64,000 nucleotides of DNA, taken from assembly GCA_964016885.1 (NCBI GenBank), contig OZ024757.1, positions 23,622,001-23,686,000 of the forward strand, read 5' to 3'. The stretch is from Eledone cirrhosa. Taxonomy: Eukaryota. Positions 52,255 to 64,000 of the stretch are shown piece after piece. The position numbers and the translations under genes are program-made. Below the pieces are notes generated by a model. That model made no database searches. It was not told the origin of the DNA and was given only the letters and a program-made list of their open reading frames with translations. Position 1 is the stretch's first letter. Each line of letters begins with the position of its first letter.

Positions 52255-52896
52255 AGCATTAAGTTTTTAATGGTGGTGCCCCAGCATGGTCTCAGAGTGA
52301 CAATAAAAAAAAAAGAGTGAAACCTAGGTGCTGTAAGCAGCATTAAGTTTTTAATGGTGGTGCCCCAGCATGGTCTCAGAGTGACAAAAAAAAAAAAAAG
52401 AGTGGCAGAATCGGCAGAGCGTCGGGCAATATACTTTGCAGCATCAAGTTATATCCTTGTATGTTCTGAGTTCAAGTTCCACCAAGGTTAGCTTTGCATT
52501 CTTCCTTACGGAGTCAATAAAATAAAGTACCCATTATGCACTGGGCCGATTTAATTGACTTTCTCCTTTCCTAAAATTGTTGGCCTTGTGCCTAAATCAG
52601 AAACCATTATTCTATCCATAGATAGTAAAAATTACTCATGTATTTGACTGTCAAATCTTTACTTTTACTAACATATTACAGACACTAATACACAAATGTA
52701 GTGTATTCTTCCACTGTCTCTTCTTGCACAATTAAAATAGTTCTTGCTTCTTTAATCTAACAGTTTTTGTACCATCCACCCACCCACTAAATCTACCCAA
52801 TGTACCTGACACTAGAAATAGACCTCCCTAGAAATAATAAATCCACAGCGAAACAGGTGTATTTGACTGATGAAAATGTAAATTTAACCAAATTTT

Positions 52897-54307
52897 GTAG
52901 AGTGGTCGTGCTGGTGACATGATGAAAAAGTACCCAGTCCAACCTGTCAGCACCCAGTCCACCCTGTAGAGTGGTCATGCTGGTGACATGATGAAAAAGT
53001 ACCCAGTCCAATCTGTCAGCACTCAGTCCACCCTGTAGAGTGGTCATGCTGGTGACATGATGAAAAAGTACCCAGTCCAACCTGTCAGCACCCAGTCCAC
53101 CCTGTAGAGTGGTCATGCTGGTGACATGATGAAAAAGTACCTAGTCCAATCTGTCAGCACCCAGTCCACCCTGGAGAGTGGTCATGCTGGTGACATGATG
53201 AAAAAGTACCCAGTCCAACCTGTCAGCACCCAGTCCACCCTGTAGAGTGGTCATGCTGGTGGCATGATGAAAAAGTATCCAGCCCAACCTGTCAGCACCC
53301 AGTCCACCCTGTAGAGTGGTCATGCTGGTGGCATGATGAAAAAGTACCCAGTCCAACCTGTCAGCACCCAGTCCACCCTGTAGAGTGGTCATGCTGGTGA
53401 CATGATGAAAAAGTACCCAGTCCAACCTGTCAGCACCCAGTCCACCCTGTAGAGTGGTCATGCTGGTGACATGATGAAAAAGTATCCAGCCCAATCTGTC
53501 AGCACCCAGTCCACCCTGTAGAGTGGTCATGCTGGTGACATGATGAAAAAGTATCCAGCCCAATCTGTCAGCACCCAGTCCACCCTGGAGAGTGGTCATG
53601 CTGGTGACATGATGAAAAAGTACCCAGTCCAATCTGTCAGCACCCAGTCCACCCTGTAGAGTGGTCATGCTGGTGACATGATGAAAAAGTACCCAGTCCA
53701 ATCTGTCAGCACCCAGTCCACCCTGTAGAGTGGTCATGCTGGTGACATGATGAAAAAGTACCCAGTCCAACCTGTCAGCACCCAGTCCACCCTGTAGAGT
53801 GGTAGTGCTGGTGACATGATGAAAAAGTACCCAGTCCAACCTGTCAGCACCCAGTCCACCCTGTAGAGTGGTCATGCTGGTGACATGATGAAAAAGTATC
53901 CAGCCCAATCTGTCAGCACCCAGTCCACCCTGTAGAGTGGTCATGCTGGTGACATGATGAAAAAGTACCCAGCCCAATCTGTCAGCACCCAGTCCACCCT
54001 GTAGAGTGGTCATGCTGGTGACATGATGAAAAAGTACCCAGTCCAACCTGTCAGCACCCAGTCCACCCTGTAGAGTGGTCATGCTGGTGACATGATGAAA
54101 AAGTATCCAGCCCAATCTGTCAGCACCCAGTCCACCCTGTAGAGTGGTCATGCTGGTGGCATGATGAAAAAGTACCCAGTCCAACCTGTCAGCACCCAGT
54201 CCACCCTGTAGAGTGGTCATGCTGGTGACATGATGAAAAAGTACCCAGTCCAACCTGTCAGCACCCAGTCCACCCTGTAGAGTGGTCATGCTGGTGACAT
54301 GATGAAA
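52897..54307. repeat. 69-bp minisatellite (about 20 copies)
   Basis: Unit gtagagtggtcatgctggtgacatgatgaaaaagtacccagtccaacctgtcagcacccagtccaccct. Confidence 0.95.
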
Positions 54308-54429
54308 CATGGTGATATGAATGAAACAGTTCTAATCCTGTATAAGTTATATCTATATAAGATAAAGATATGTGTGTGTGAGTGAAGTAAACAGTAAAAC
54401 AACAAAGCAAACAATACAGTACAATGAAG

Positions 54430-54690
54430 ATTTATATTAGTCTAACGCTTGATATGGTAGGAAAGGGTCTTAGCATAACAGTAGCCTTACAACTTTATCA
54501 AGAGTTTTAAAGTCACAAGCACAGTCCTCAAGCATGCCAGTGGGTCCTGTCAGAAGCAACTGTCTCCAATTGATCCAGCTGGATCCCTAAGTGAGACAAG
54601 CCAAGCTCAAGGATGTTATCAAACCATCTTGCTTGGGGGTTTACCCCTGTGTCTCTTGCCGGTTGATTTTGCCCATAAAATCTGTCCAGT
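54430..54690 (-). pseudogene. RTE/BovB-like LINE C-terminal relic of a different family
   Basis: FYGQ...G.NPQARWFD...LGIQLDQLETVASDRTHW resembles the RTE terminal motif. Confidence 0.55.
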
Positions 54691-56907
54691 GATTCTTTCC
54701 TGAGACATTCTAAGCCCATGTCTGTAATATCAGGGATGTGAAGTCTCAATTCAGGCAAATAAGGGCTCTACCTAGAGTGACTCTCTGATCCCCAAGCTAC
54801 ACACTATCGATTATTGTCTAACATGATATATCTAGCTAACCTTTGAGGTTTTTACAGTGAGGTCATAGTGACCTCAGTGTCATGACTCAGAGATCACTAT
54901 CAAGTTAACCATTGAGATACTTACGGTGAGGTCATAGTGACCTAGTGGTTGAAACACACAAACATTTGAGTAATATAACAATTACAAATTATAAAGATTG
55001 AAGTGATCTAATATACTGATACCACACTGGCTCAAATGACCATCTCCCAATCATGATACTGAGGTTACACTAACCTCAGTCATGACACTGGGGTCACAAT
55101 GACCTTACAGTCATGACACAGTGGACTGACCTCTCAGTCCTAACATTCTGGTCACAGTGACCTCCCAGTCCTGAAACTGTGGTCCCAGTGACCTCACAGA
55201 CACAACCTAACATCACAACAACATCATGTCACTATGACCTCAATGACTGTAGCTGTGGTCCCATAACTCCTGAGGGAGTAGCAGGGGTGCCATATTGACA
55301 GATGGCTTTTCTAGGGCAATTTTTAAACCTGGTAGAGCTCATCTCCTCTCGGGGTCTGAATTCAGAAGATTTCTTCCAGAGAAAGACAAAGTGAAGGAAT
55401 GGAAGTGAGAAGATGATATAGAGGAAGAATTAACCCCAGTAAAAAGGCTGGTCCATCTTTATTAGCTGTGAATGGATGAAAGCAAAGTTGACTTTGGCGG
55501 TATTTGAATTGAAAGAGATGAGAGCTTAAACGAATACCACAAAGTATTCTATCCGACATTCTAACAACTCTGCCAAATCGCTGACTATGACACAATACTT
55601 ATTCTGAAATTCTGTCTTAGAATTATTGTGAATTAGAACACCTACCCAGAATATTTGTAAGCAAAACTAATCTCCACCTTTAAGCACTAAAGTTTGGTGA
55701 TGGGCCTGCAATGGTATTCTAGTCTTAACCACAGTATTTACTTGAAAAGCTAGAATTATATTGTTCAAATTTGTCCGACCCTTGCCTCTTTGTTTTTAAG
55801 ACAGTAAAGTGTGATTTGAGGGTATTTGACTGCTATAACTAACAGGTCAAGCAACTGCGTAGCTGAACCTCTAGTTAGCTTGCTACACATAAATTTAGTC
55901 CTACGTCAATTCTGACTGAGCTAACTTATGATGGATAAGGTAATCCATCCATGACCATCTCGTCTATTTTCATTTTCCAGATAGAGTGCCTCTAGGATCA
56001 CATCATATAGTATGTTCTTTTTGATTTTGATTTTTTTTTCAGACGGTTGGGTGGGATTTGACTGCTATATCTAGCAAGTAATCAAGGATCCTTTGTTTGG
56101 CTAGCTGCAAAGTTTTACTAAATTGCTGGCAATAAATTTAATAACTCAAAATGAAGATAAGGCAACTGAGACACCTAGATATTTAAATAAGCATCAATAA
56201 TTTCTTTACAAGAGGAATAATATACACATACATGCACATATATTTTTTTTTTTCATATCAAAAACCTTGCAAAACAAATATATATTTAATACACACAAAC
56301 AAACACATATCATCATCATTTTACGTCCGCTTTTCCCTGCTTGCATATATTTATATACATACATACACACACACAAGAGTAATAAGTATATATATATAAT
56401 GCACACACAGGTAAAACCAAGTACCAAGCTAACATTGGCAAAGAGCAGGTGTAGGTAATGTTTATAGTGAAATATTACATGAAACTGTAGCAGGTGATTG
56501 GGAAGTCAACGTAGAATATTGAAGATAAATGCTAGAGGATTGTCTTCGGTGTGTGTGTGTGTGTGTGTGTATGTGTGTGTGTGTATGTGTGTATATATGT
56601 ATGTATGTGTGTGTATATATGTATGTGTGTGTGTGTGTATATGTATGTATGTGTGTATATATGTATGTGTGTGTGTATATATGTATGTGTGTGTATGTAT
56701 GTGTATGTGTATATTGTATGTATGTATATTTGTGTTTATATATATATATATATATTTATTTTTGTGTATTCATAAATATACATACATGTCTGTGTATGTA
56801 TATATATGTATATGTTTATATATAATAAATTTATATCTGCATATATACTTCTGCTGCTTTACACACAACTATATATATATACTTTCTCTCTCTATATATA
56901 TATGTGT

Positions 56908-56938
<31 letters not shown>

Positions 56939-57704
56939 CAGAGAGAGAGAGTGTATATCTAGTTGTGTGTGAAGTAGAAGTATATATGCAGATATAAATA
57001 TATATATATATATATACACAAACCTACACACAGCTATATATGTGTGTGTTCCATACATATATTCCTACGAGATTAGAAAATGTTTCACTGCTGAGAGAAA
57101 GATGTGAAGTAAAATAGAAAGAATTGAAACAAAGGAATGGCAGAAGGATTTAAATCTGTCCTCATATCTTTATTACATATGCAAGAAGTTCTACCATGTG
57201 TACACCTCTCTCACCAATGTTATAACTTCCTTCTGAAGCTATTTACAAATTTAACTTGCTTCAAACTACAAATGTTTTGGATAAAGACAGGTAAAATAGA
57301 CATGGAATTATTCTTTTTCGTCATCTTATTATTATGTGTTTTTCCTCTTCAGTTTTGTTTCCATTTCTTGGCAAGTGTCTTCCCTACACCTCAGCCAGAA
57401 AAAACTCACTACATACATTGATACTCAAAAATAAACACACCAGATTGTTCACATCTCACATATTACACTGACCAGATTGTTCACATCTGCTATTTTTTGT
57501 ATGCCGTATATATTTGTAAGTCCTGGGGTTTGGGTTATGTATGTGTCTGTGTGCTTTTTATCATTCCTAGGTCACCTATTATTATAGGTATTGTTTCTGT
57601 CTTCTACATCCACAGTCGAGTTATTTCTATCTCTAGATCTTTATATTTGGATAGTTTCTCCATTTCCTAGATAGAAATGTTGTCGTCTGTGGGGATAGAT
57701 GCAT

Positions 57705-58847
57705 AGGACAGGAACCTTCTTCTCCAACCAAGAGCTCATCAACTTCTTCAAGTTGCCTTTGAAGAGGAAGGTGAGGGTAGAGAGGGAGGTGCTGCCTTCT
57801 AGTGTTTTATAAAAGATGGCTGAGAGTGGCGAAACTGGTACAACTGAATGGGGTCGAATCTGACTAGACCTTTCTAAGTTGGAGCAAGGAATCTAGGAGA
57901 AGGTACTTTCAACACCTGTGAAGTAACAGAATAATCCAGGACTTTGTGTGGCGGTTCTCCCTGTAATTACCCTAAAGTACAGTCCCCCATTATTGGGAAA
58001 CATGCCCTTGTTGACATTTATTGTTTATTTCTATTGTTATATTTATTACAATTTCTATTGTTGTTATTTCTACTGTTTTCTCTTCAGTAATGTCCCCTTT
58101 ACATGATGTAAACCTCACTGGGTTGTGTTGACCCTGTATTGTCCCTGTCTTCAATAATGTCCCCTTTCCTTTACGTAAACCTCATTCTGTGTTGTGTTGA
58201 CCCTGTATTGTCCCTGCCTCCAGTAATGTCCCCTTTACATGATGTAAACCCCACTGTGTTGTGTTGACCCTGTATTGTCCCTGTCTTCAGTAATGTCCCC
58301 TTTACATGATGTAAACCTCACTGTGTTGTGTTGTCCGTCTTCAGTAATGTTCCCTTTACATAATTGTTTCTACTTTTGGCACAAGGCCAGCAATTACCCA
58401 GTGCATTACTGGTACTTTATTTTATCGACCCCGTAGGGATGAAAGGCAAAGTTAACCTCGGCGGGATTTGAACTCAGAATGGCAAGGGCCGTAACTCTAT
58501 ACGTCAAAGCATGGCGTCCGACCCTCTACCGATACTGCCAATCCACCTTTACATAATGTAAGCCTCACTGTGTTGTGTTGTCCCTCTATTGTCCCTGTCT
58601 CCAGTAATGTTCCCTTTACATGATGTAAACCCCACTCTATGTTGTGTTGACCCTGTATTGTCCCTGTCTCCAGTAATGTCCCCTTTCCTGTACATGATGT
58701 CAACCTCACCCTGTGTTGTGTTGTCCCCCTATTGTCCGTCTTCAGTAATGTCCCCTTACCTTGATGTAAACCCTACTCGGTGTTGTCTTTGTCCCTGTAT
58801 TGTCCCTAATGTCTTGGGCCCTTGTGGCCAATAAAAGGAATCATTAT
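57705..58847 (+). pseudogene. Third Tx1-type 3' relic, with a tandemly amplified 3' UTR (units of about 55-60 bp)
   Basis: TFFSNQELINFFKLPLKRKVRVEREVL, then a frameshift, then KRWLRVAKLVQLNG; matches the ORF2 end. Terminates in GGCCCTTGTGGCCAATAAA. Confidence 0.75.
58365..58545 (-). mobile_element. SINE-B inserted in the Tx1 relic 3' UTR, with a 12-bp TSD
   Basis: CCTTTACATAAT at 58353-58364 and 58546-58557. Confidence 0.8.
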
Positions 58848-60530
58848 CACTGTTTTCTTCACGTCAACTATTTGTAGTATATAAAGAAACCTAATGTCCC
58901 TGCCCTCCTTTTAATATAACTTTGTCCAGCCCCTCATGTATTGTAACCCTGTGTGTTGTTTACTGTGTTTCTATATGCAAGCTCTGGTGTAAAACCCACA
59001 AAACCACACACACGGGCACACACACACAATGTTTTGTCTTGTGCCGTCCTTAATGTTTTCTTCACGTGAATCCATTGTGGTTACTTAAGAATTTATTATT
59101 AGAGGGTGGTGGATTGACAGTATCGGTAGAGCGTCGGACAATATATTTCGTGGCATATAGTTACGGAGTTGATAAAATAAAGCACCAGTAATGCACTGAG
59201 GTCGATTTAATAAACTTTCCCTTCCTTCGAATTCTGCTTCTTACCCAAATCATGTCAAGTGTCAACCTGACACCCGAGGCAAAGTCCGGTAATACACACA
59301 TTTTACGATCAATTGCCACACAAATGTTATAAAGGCACAAACAACAGTAAATGTCTTTGAAAGTTATTTAAATTGATAAAGCCCTTCTAAGGACATGGAC
59401 AGTGCCAGACAACGCTATTTTCAGTATCTCTTGCAGAGATTGTTTACCAGAAATATGGTTTATTGTTATTATTACGGATTGGCGGTGGATTGGCAGTATC
59501 GGTAGAGGGCCGGCCGTCATGCTTTGAAGCATAGAGTTACCTCCCTTTATGATCCGAGTTCAAATCCCGCCGAGGTTAACTTTGCCTTTCATCCTTACAG
59601 GCTCGATAAAATAAAGTACCAGTAATGCACTGGGATAATTGCTGGCCTTGTGCCTAACATAGAAACAATTATTACGGATTGGCGGTGGATTGACAGTATC
59701 GGTAGAGGGTCGGACGCCATGCTTTGACGTATAGAGTTACGGCCCTTGCCATTCTGAGTTCAAATCCCGCCGAGGTTAACTTTGCCTTTCATCCTTACGG
59801 GCTCGATAAAATAAAGTACCAGTAATGCACTGGTTAATTGCTGGCCTTGTGCCAAAAGTAGAAACAATTATTATGAATAAATAAATAAATAAAAAATAAA
59901 GAAAACATTATGTATTCTAGTATATGTTATTGAATGACAAATACAACTTCCCCACTACATCAGATTACGAACAATTTAAGCAGTTCCGAAAACCGATACC
60001 ACTGGTACTTTAAATGACTCTTTTAGAAACTCCGGAAATCAACAACAATTACATCTTTCCAGGCTTATTAAACATCGTCCTTAAAATGTATGCACTCTAA
60101 AACATGATGTTAATAATCCAGAACATCGTAATCTTACTAACAGTTCATTTCAGATTTCTTATTAATTCAATCAAGGTTATATCAGCTTTTGTTGGTGATC
60201 TGAGACAAATTCGAAATGGTGATAACCACCGTTGATATATGTGTAGACTGAGCATTAAAACATTGCCAAGAAAAAATAGTTTTACCAATAAAAAAATTAT
60301 CTATCCAAGATAAAATTCATGAGAGAAGAGAAAAGGGTGTGTGTGGTGTGTGGTGTGTGTCTGTGTGTGTCTCTGTGTGTCTGTGTGTGTCTCTGTGTGT
60401 GTGTGTGTGTGTGTCTGTGTGTGTCTGTGTGTGTCTGTGTGTGTGTGTGTCTGTGTGTGTGTGTGTCTGTGTCTCTGTGTGTGTCTCTGTGTGTGTGTCT
60501 GTGTGTCTGTGTGTGTGTCTGTGTCTGTGT

Positions 60531-60601
<71 letters not shown>

Positions 60602-61108
60602 TGTGTGTGTGTGTCTATATGTGTGTGTCTATGTGTGTGTGTGTGTCTGGTGGTAGCTAAGATACTGCCATAGGCGGTGGTATGTCGGTTGAGCACTATG
60701 CTCTTACAGAGCAGAGTATGATATGATAGAATAGAATAGAAAACGAAAAATCAGTGATGCATCTGAACTCAATTTATTGTGTGTTACAATTGTTTCACAG
60801 GCGGACAGCTCGAGGTGCGATCATTGTGTGGATCTATCTGATTCTGGACCCGCAGGTTCGACGGACACGTCTAATGATTTCGGAGCATATATATATATAT
60901 AATTTTAAGAAACATTTTCCTATATTCAGAACCAAATATAAACATTTTAACCATAATAGTTCGTACCAAACCATTATTTTTTTTTTTTTCAAAATTAAAT
61001 TTTTTAATGTCTACGATATTAATTTACAAATATTGTACGAATTCGTGAACAAAAGAACCCGCAGGTTCGACGGACACGTTTAATGATTTCGGAGCATATA
61101 TATATATA

Positions 61109-61157
<49 letters not shown>

Positions 61158-61448
61158 AAGAAACATTTTCCTATATTCAGAACCAAATATAAACATTTTA
61201 ACCATAATAGTTCGTACCAAACCATTATTTTTTTTTTTTTCAAAATTAAATTTTTTAATGTCTACGATATTAATTTACAAATATTGTACGAATTCGTGAA
61301 CAAAAGAAATTTATTGGTGGAATCTATAGACTTTATACACAGACAAATCGAAAGGAAAACCATCGATGAAACGTGTGTGTATTGGCCCAGACCATGTCAA
61401 ACTTAATAGCTATATATACATAGCACTCTTTTTTCCTTTACCTTTTCT

Positions 61449-61494
<46 letters not shown>

Positions 61495-61610
61495 CAAAAT
61501 ATTAATAAATTAAGACGTTCACATAATCAAAATATATGTTTTAATATTTTAATCTTTGGTTATATATATATATATATGTATGTATATATATATGTATGTA
61601 TATATAAATA

Positions 61611-61745
61611 CAATGAAATTCCGGCGTATAAAAAAATTGGTTGTAACGAAAAATTCTTTATAACGAGATCGACTGAAACAAATCGAGTGTTTGTTCGTTA
61701 TAAAAATTCGCTATAATGGTATTCGTTATAACGGAATTTTACCTG
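61611..61745. mobile_element. pogo/Tigger-like MITE, decayed
   Basis: CAATGAAATTCCG / CGGAATTTTACCTG ends with internal (T)ATAACG/CGTTATA subrepeats. Confidence 0.5.
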
Positions 61746-61778
61746 TTTATATATCTATATATTTATATATCTTTACCT

Positions 61779-61836
<58 letters not shown>

Positions 61837-61846
61837 TTACCTGTTT

Positions 61847-61906
<60 letters not shown>

Positions 61907-62001
61907 TAAGTATTTCCGAAGAAAAAGCAAAGGAAAAAAGAGTGCTCTATGTATAGAACAGAGCTATTTAATTAGAAAGTGAACAACACAATATATAACT
62001 A

Positions 62002-62069
62002 CTCCATTACCAAAGGTTTCAGGACCCCAGACAATATTAACATACGTCTGGATCGTTCATCAGACAGAG
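62002..62069 (-). ncRNA. Type I hammerhead ribozyme (GAAACCTTTGGTA family)
   Basis: Minus strand: CTCTGT CTGATGA ACGATCCAGAC...GTCTGGGGTCCT GAAA CCTTTGGTA ATGGAG; GUA site. Confidence 0.78.
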
Positions 62070-62149
62070 AGGTTAACCTCTCTAATATTGTCTAGGGTCC
62101 TGAAACCTTTGGTAATGGAGTAGCTGTATATTGTGTTGTTCACTTTCTA

Positions 62150-62218
<69 letters not shown>

Positions 62219-62269
62219 AAGATTGTTTTCCATGGTTATGTCACTATTTATAAAACAAATTTTGTATTT

Positions 62270-62330
62270 TTTTATCTGGTGAAAGAGCACCAAGATTGCC
62301 TGGGTCGCCCTTGAAATATATATAATAAAA
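62270..62330 (+). ncRNA. Hammerhead ribozyme with an A6-to-G core change
   Basis: TTTTAT CTGGTGA AAGAGCACCAAG...CTGGGTCGCCCTT GAAA TATATATA ATAAAA. Confidence 0.68.
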
Positions 62331-63742
62331 TAATTATAGTTTTATAAATATAGTGTATATAGGTAAAGACACCTTCAGTCATGAATGACCATTAGATAGT
62401 TCCTCATATAACGAGTTAGAAAGTTCCCCATATAACGAGTTTAAACTATATCAATTGGGAAACTAATAGTATTTGGAGAAACATAATCGATATATATTCT
62501 ATATGTATTGATTACACCTAAAATTATATATACACACACACACACACAATTAGACACGTCTCACGTAGGAGGTGAAATTTATGTTTTCCTATGTTATTTG
62601 GTGTGCTTTTGAACGAATATAATATAGTCAAATCATCGGATATTATTGGGTTTTTTTTTTAAATAGCTGGTGAAAGAGGGCGACGGCGACACACAAATGA
62701 GATGGATGTCATTGTAAAAAAAATGTACAACACACACACTTACAAACATAAATATGGTACATATAATAGTGATGGGGAAGCCGGTACTATTTTCTGAGAG
62801 AGAGAGGGGGGGAGAGAGAGAGATGATACTGAAGCAAAAATGGATGAAAAACAACAAAATATTTTACCGAATATATTTCTTTGTGATATTTCAAAGTAAA
62901 GACCTTCTTTTCAGATTTAAAAAGATTTGAAATATCACAAAGAAACATATTGGTTAAAAACATTTTTTTTTTCATTCATTTTGTCCCAATACGATCTTTT
63001 TGTACCGGCTTTCCCAACAAATGAAACAGATCTAGTTCTGTAGAAGACATTTCTATGTATAATAAAGATGTATTGAGGTACCCTTTTTTTTTTTTTAACT
63101 GGAGTTACCACCCGACACAACTCGGGAACCAACATATAATATATAATCTGGAATTTGGTGTCTGGATAGCAAGAGCTCTGCCGCCGGGCCCCGACTCTCA
63201 TATATATATATAGAGAGAGAGAGAAAGTGAGAGAGAGAGAGAGAGAGGGGGGGGGTTGCATATATCCAAGAGAATACTCTATATTGTATATATACAAAGC
63301 ACACAATATATTGTGTATTCTCTTCGATATATGGTCCTCTCTCTATATATATATACAGATATACATATATATATATATATCTTTTACTTTTGAATTATGA
63401 CTCTGGACAAAGTCTATTGAGCTTTTTTTTTTATTGAGAAGAACAAAAATCGAACATATTTGATATGTTTTGATACCTCGTGTGTGTGGAATCAACACTG
63501 ATACGAATTCAAAAGAAACTTTGAAAAGCTACCCAAACTGAAACATCGGACAAAAACGCATAAATGAGGAATTGCTGAAGAGTTCAAAACAATTCCATAC
63601 ATAAGCTGTCCGCTCTAACAGAACGACCGAACCAAACTTCAGGAATAATATATTTTATATCAAATAATTTCTTATCTGTGTGGCGTAAATTTGCATAAAA
63701 CCATTCAGAGCACCATCTTCACATCTTTATTATACTTATATA

Positions 63743-64000
63743 CAGGGCAAGCGCTGCCATATATGCAAACTAGGCAGCCACCTAGGGCACTGATTTCAGG
63801 GGGCGCATTTCTCCAAATTAACCACAATTTTGAAAAATTTATAAATAAATGTCAGTTTTATGAAGGTCGTTTTTTTTTATCCTGGTTTATTTCATGTTGA
63901 AAATTTAAAAAATATATATATTTATGAATTTTGAAATTGATATTTTTCCTTTGGGGGCGCCAGAATCTAACCTTGCCTAGGATACCAGATAGTCTGGCAC
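63743..64000. mobile_element. hAT-like MITE, cut by the window end
   Basis: CAGGGC start, with inverted CTAGGCA/TGCCTAG and repeated GGGGGCGC subterminal motifs. Confidence 0.4.

Noticed and set aside
53141-54310. 389-aa ORF with 23-aa repeats
   Set aside because: Confined to the 69-bp minisatellite, with no unique coding flank or splice evidence.
57137-57421. 94-aa ORF with a possible donor site
   Set aside because: No recognisable homology or supporting gene structure.

Overview
AT-rich, microsatellite-dense animal DNA made almost entirely of repeats. The SINE families and repeat texture suggest an octopod cephalopod (inference). No host protein-coding gene can be supported, and almost all ORFs in the track are translations of simple repeats. 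The only intact coding unit is a full-length L1/Tx1-clade LINE (ORF1 with a CCHC knuckle; ORF2 APE-RT-Zn finger) at about 45229-50878. It sits in a 73-bp satellite, inside a TTAA-flanked piggyBac-like MITE, inside a SINE. Other elements: two Tx1 3' relics, several RTE 3' relics, two DD37D/maT relics, several MITEs, two tRNA-type SINE families, a 5S rRNA-derived element and minisatellites. The most notable hidden signal is about nine type I hammerhead ribozyme motifs from several sequence families. Several have the minimal palindromic helix III of Penelope-associated dimeric hammerheads, and they lie in short, often inverted elements among (TA)n tracts. Also notable: a 3' stem-loop shared by the commonest SINE and the Tx1 LINE, a 151-bp duplication flanking a SINE, a cluster of perfect estrogen-response-type palindromes, and a GC-rich foreign-looking island. 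All alignments and folds were done by eye.
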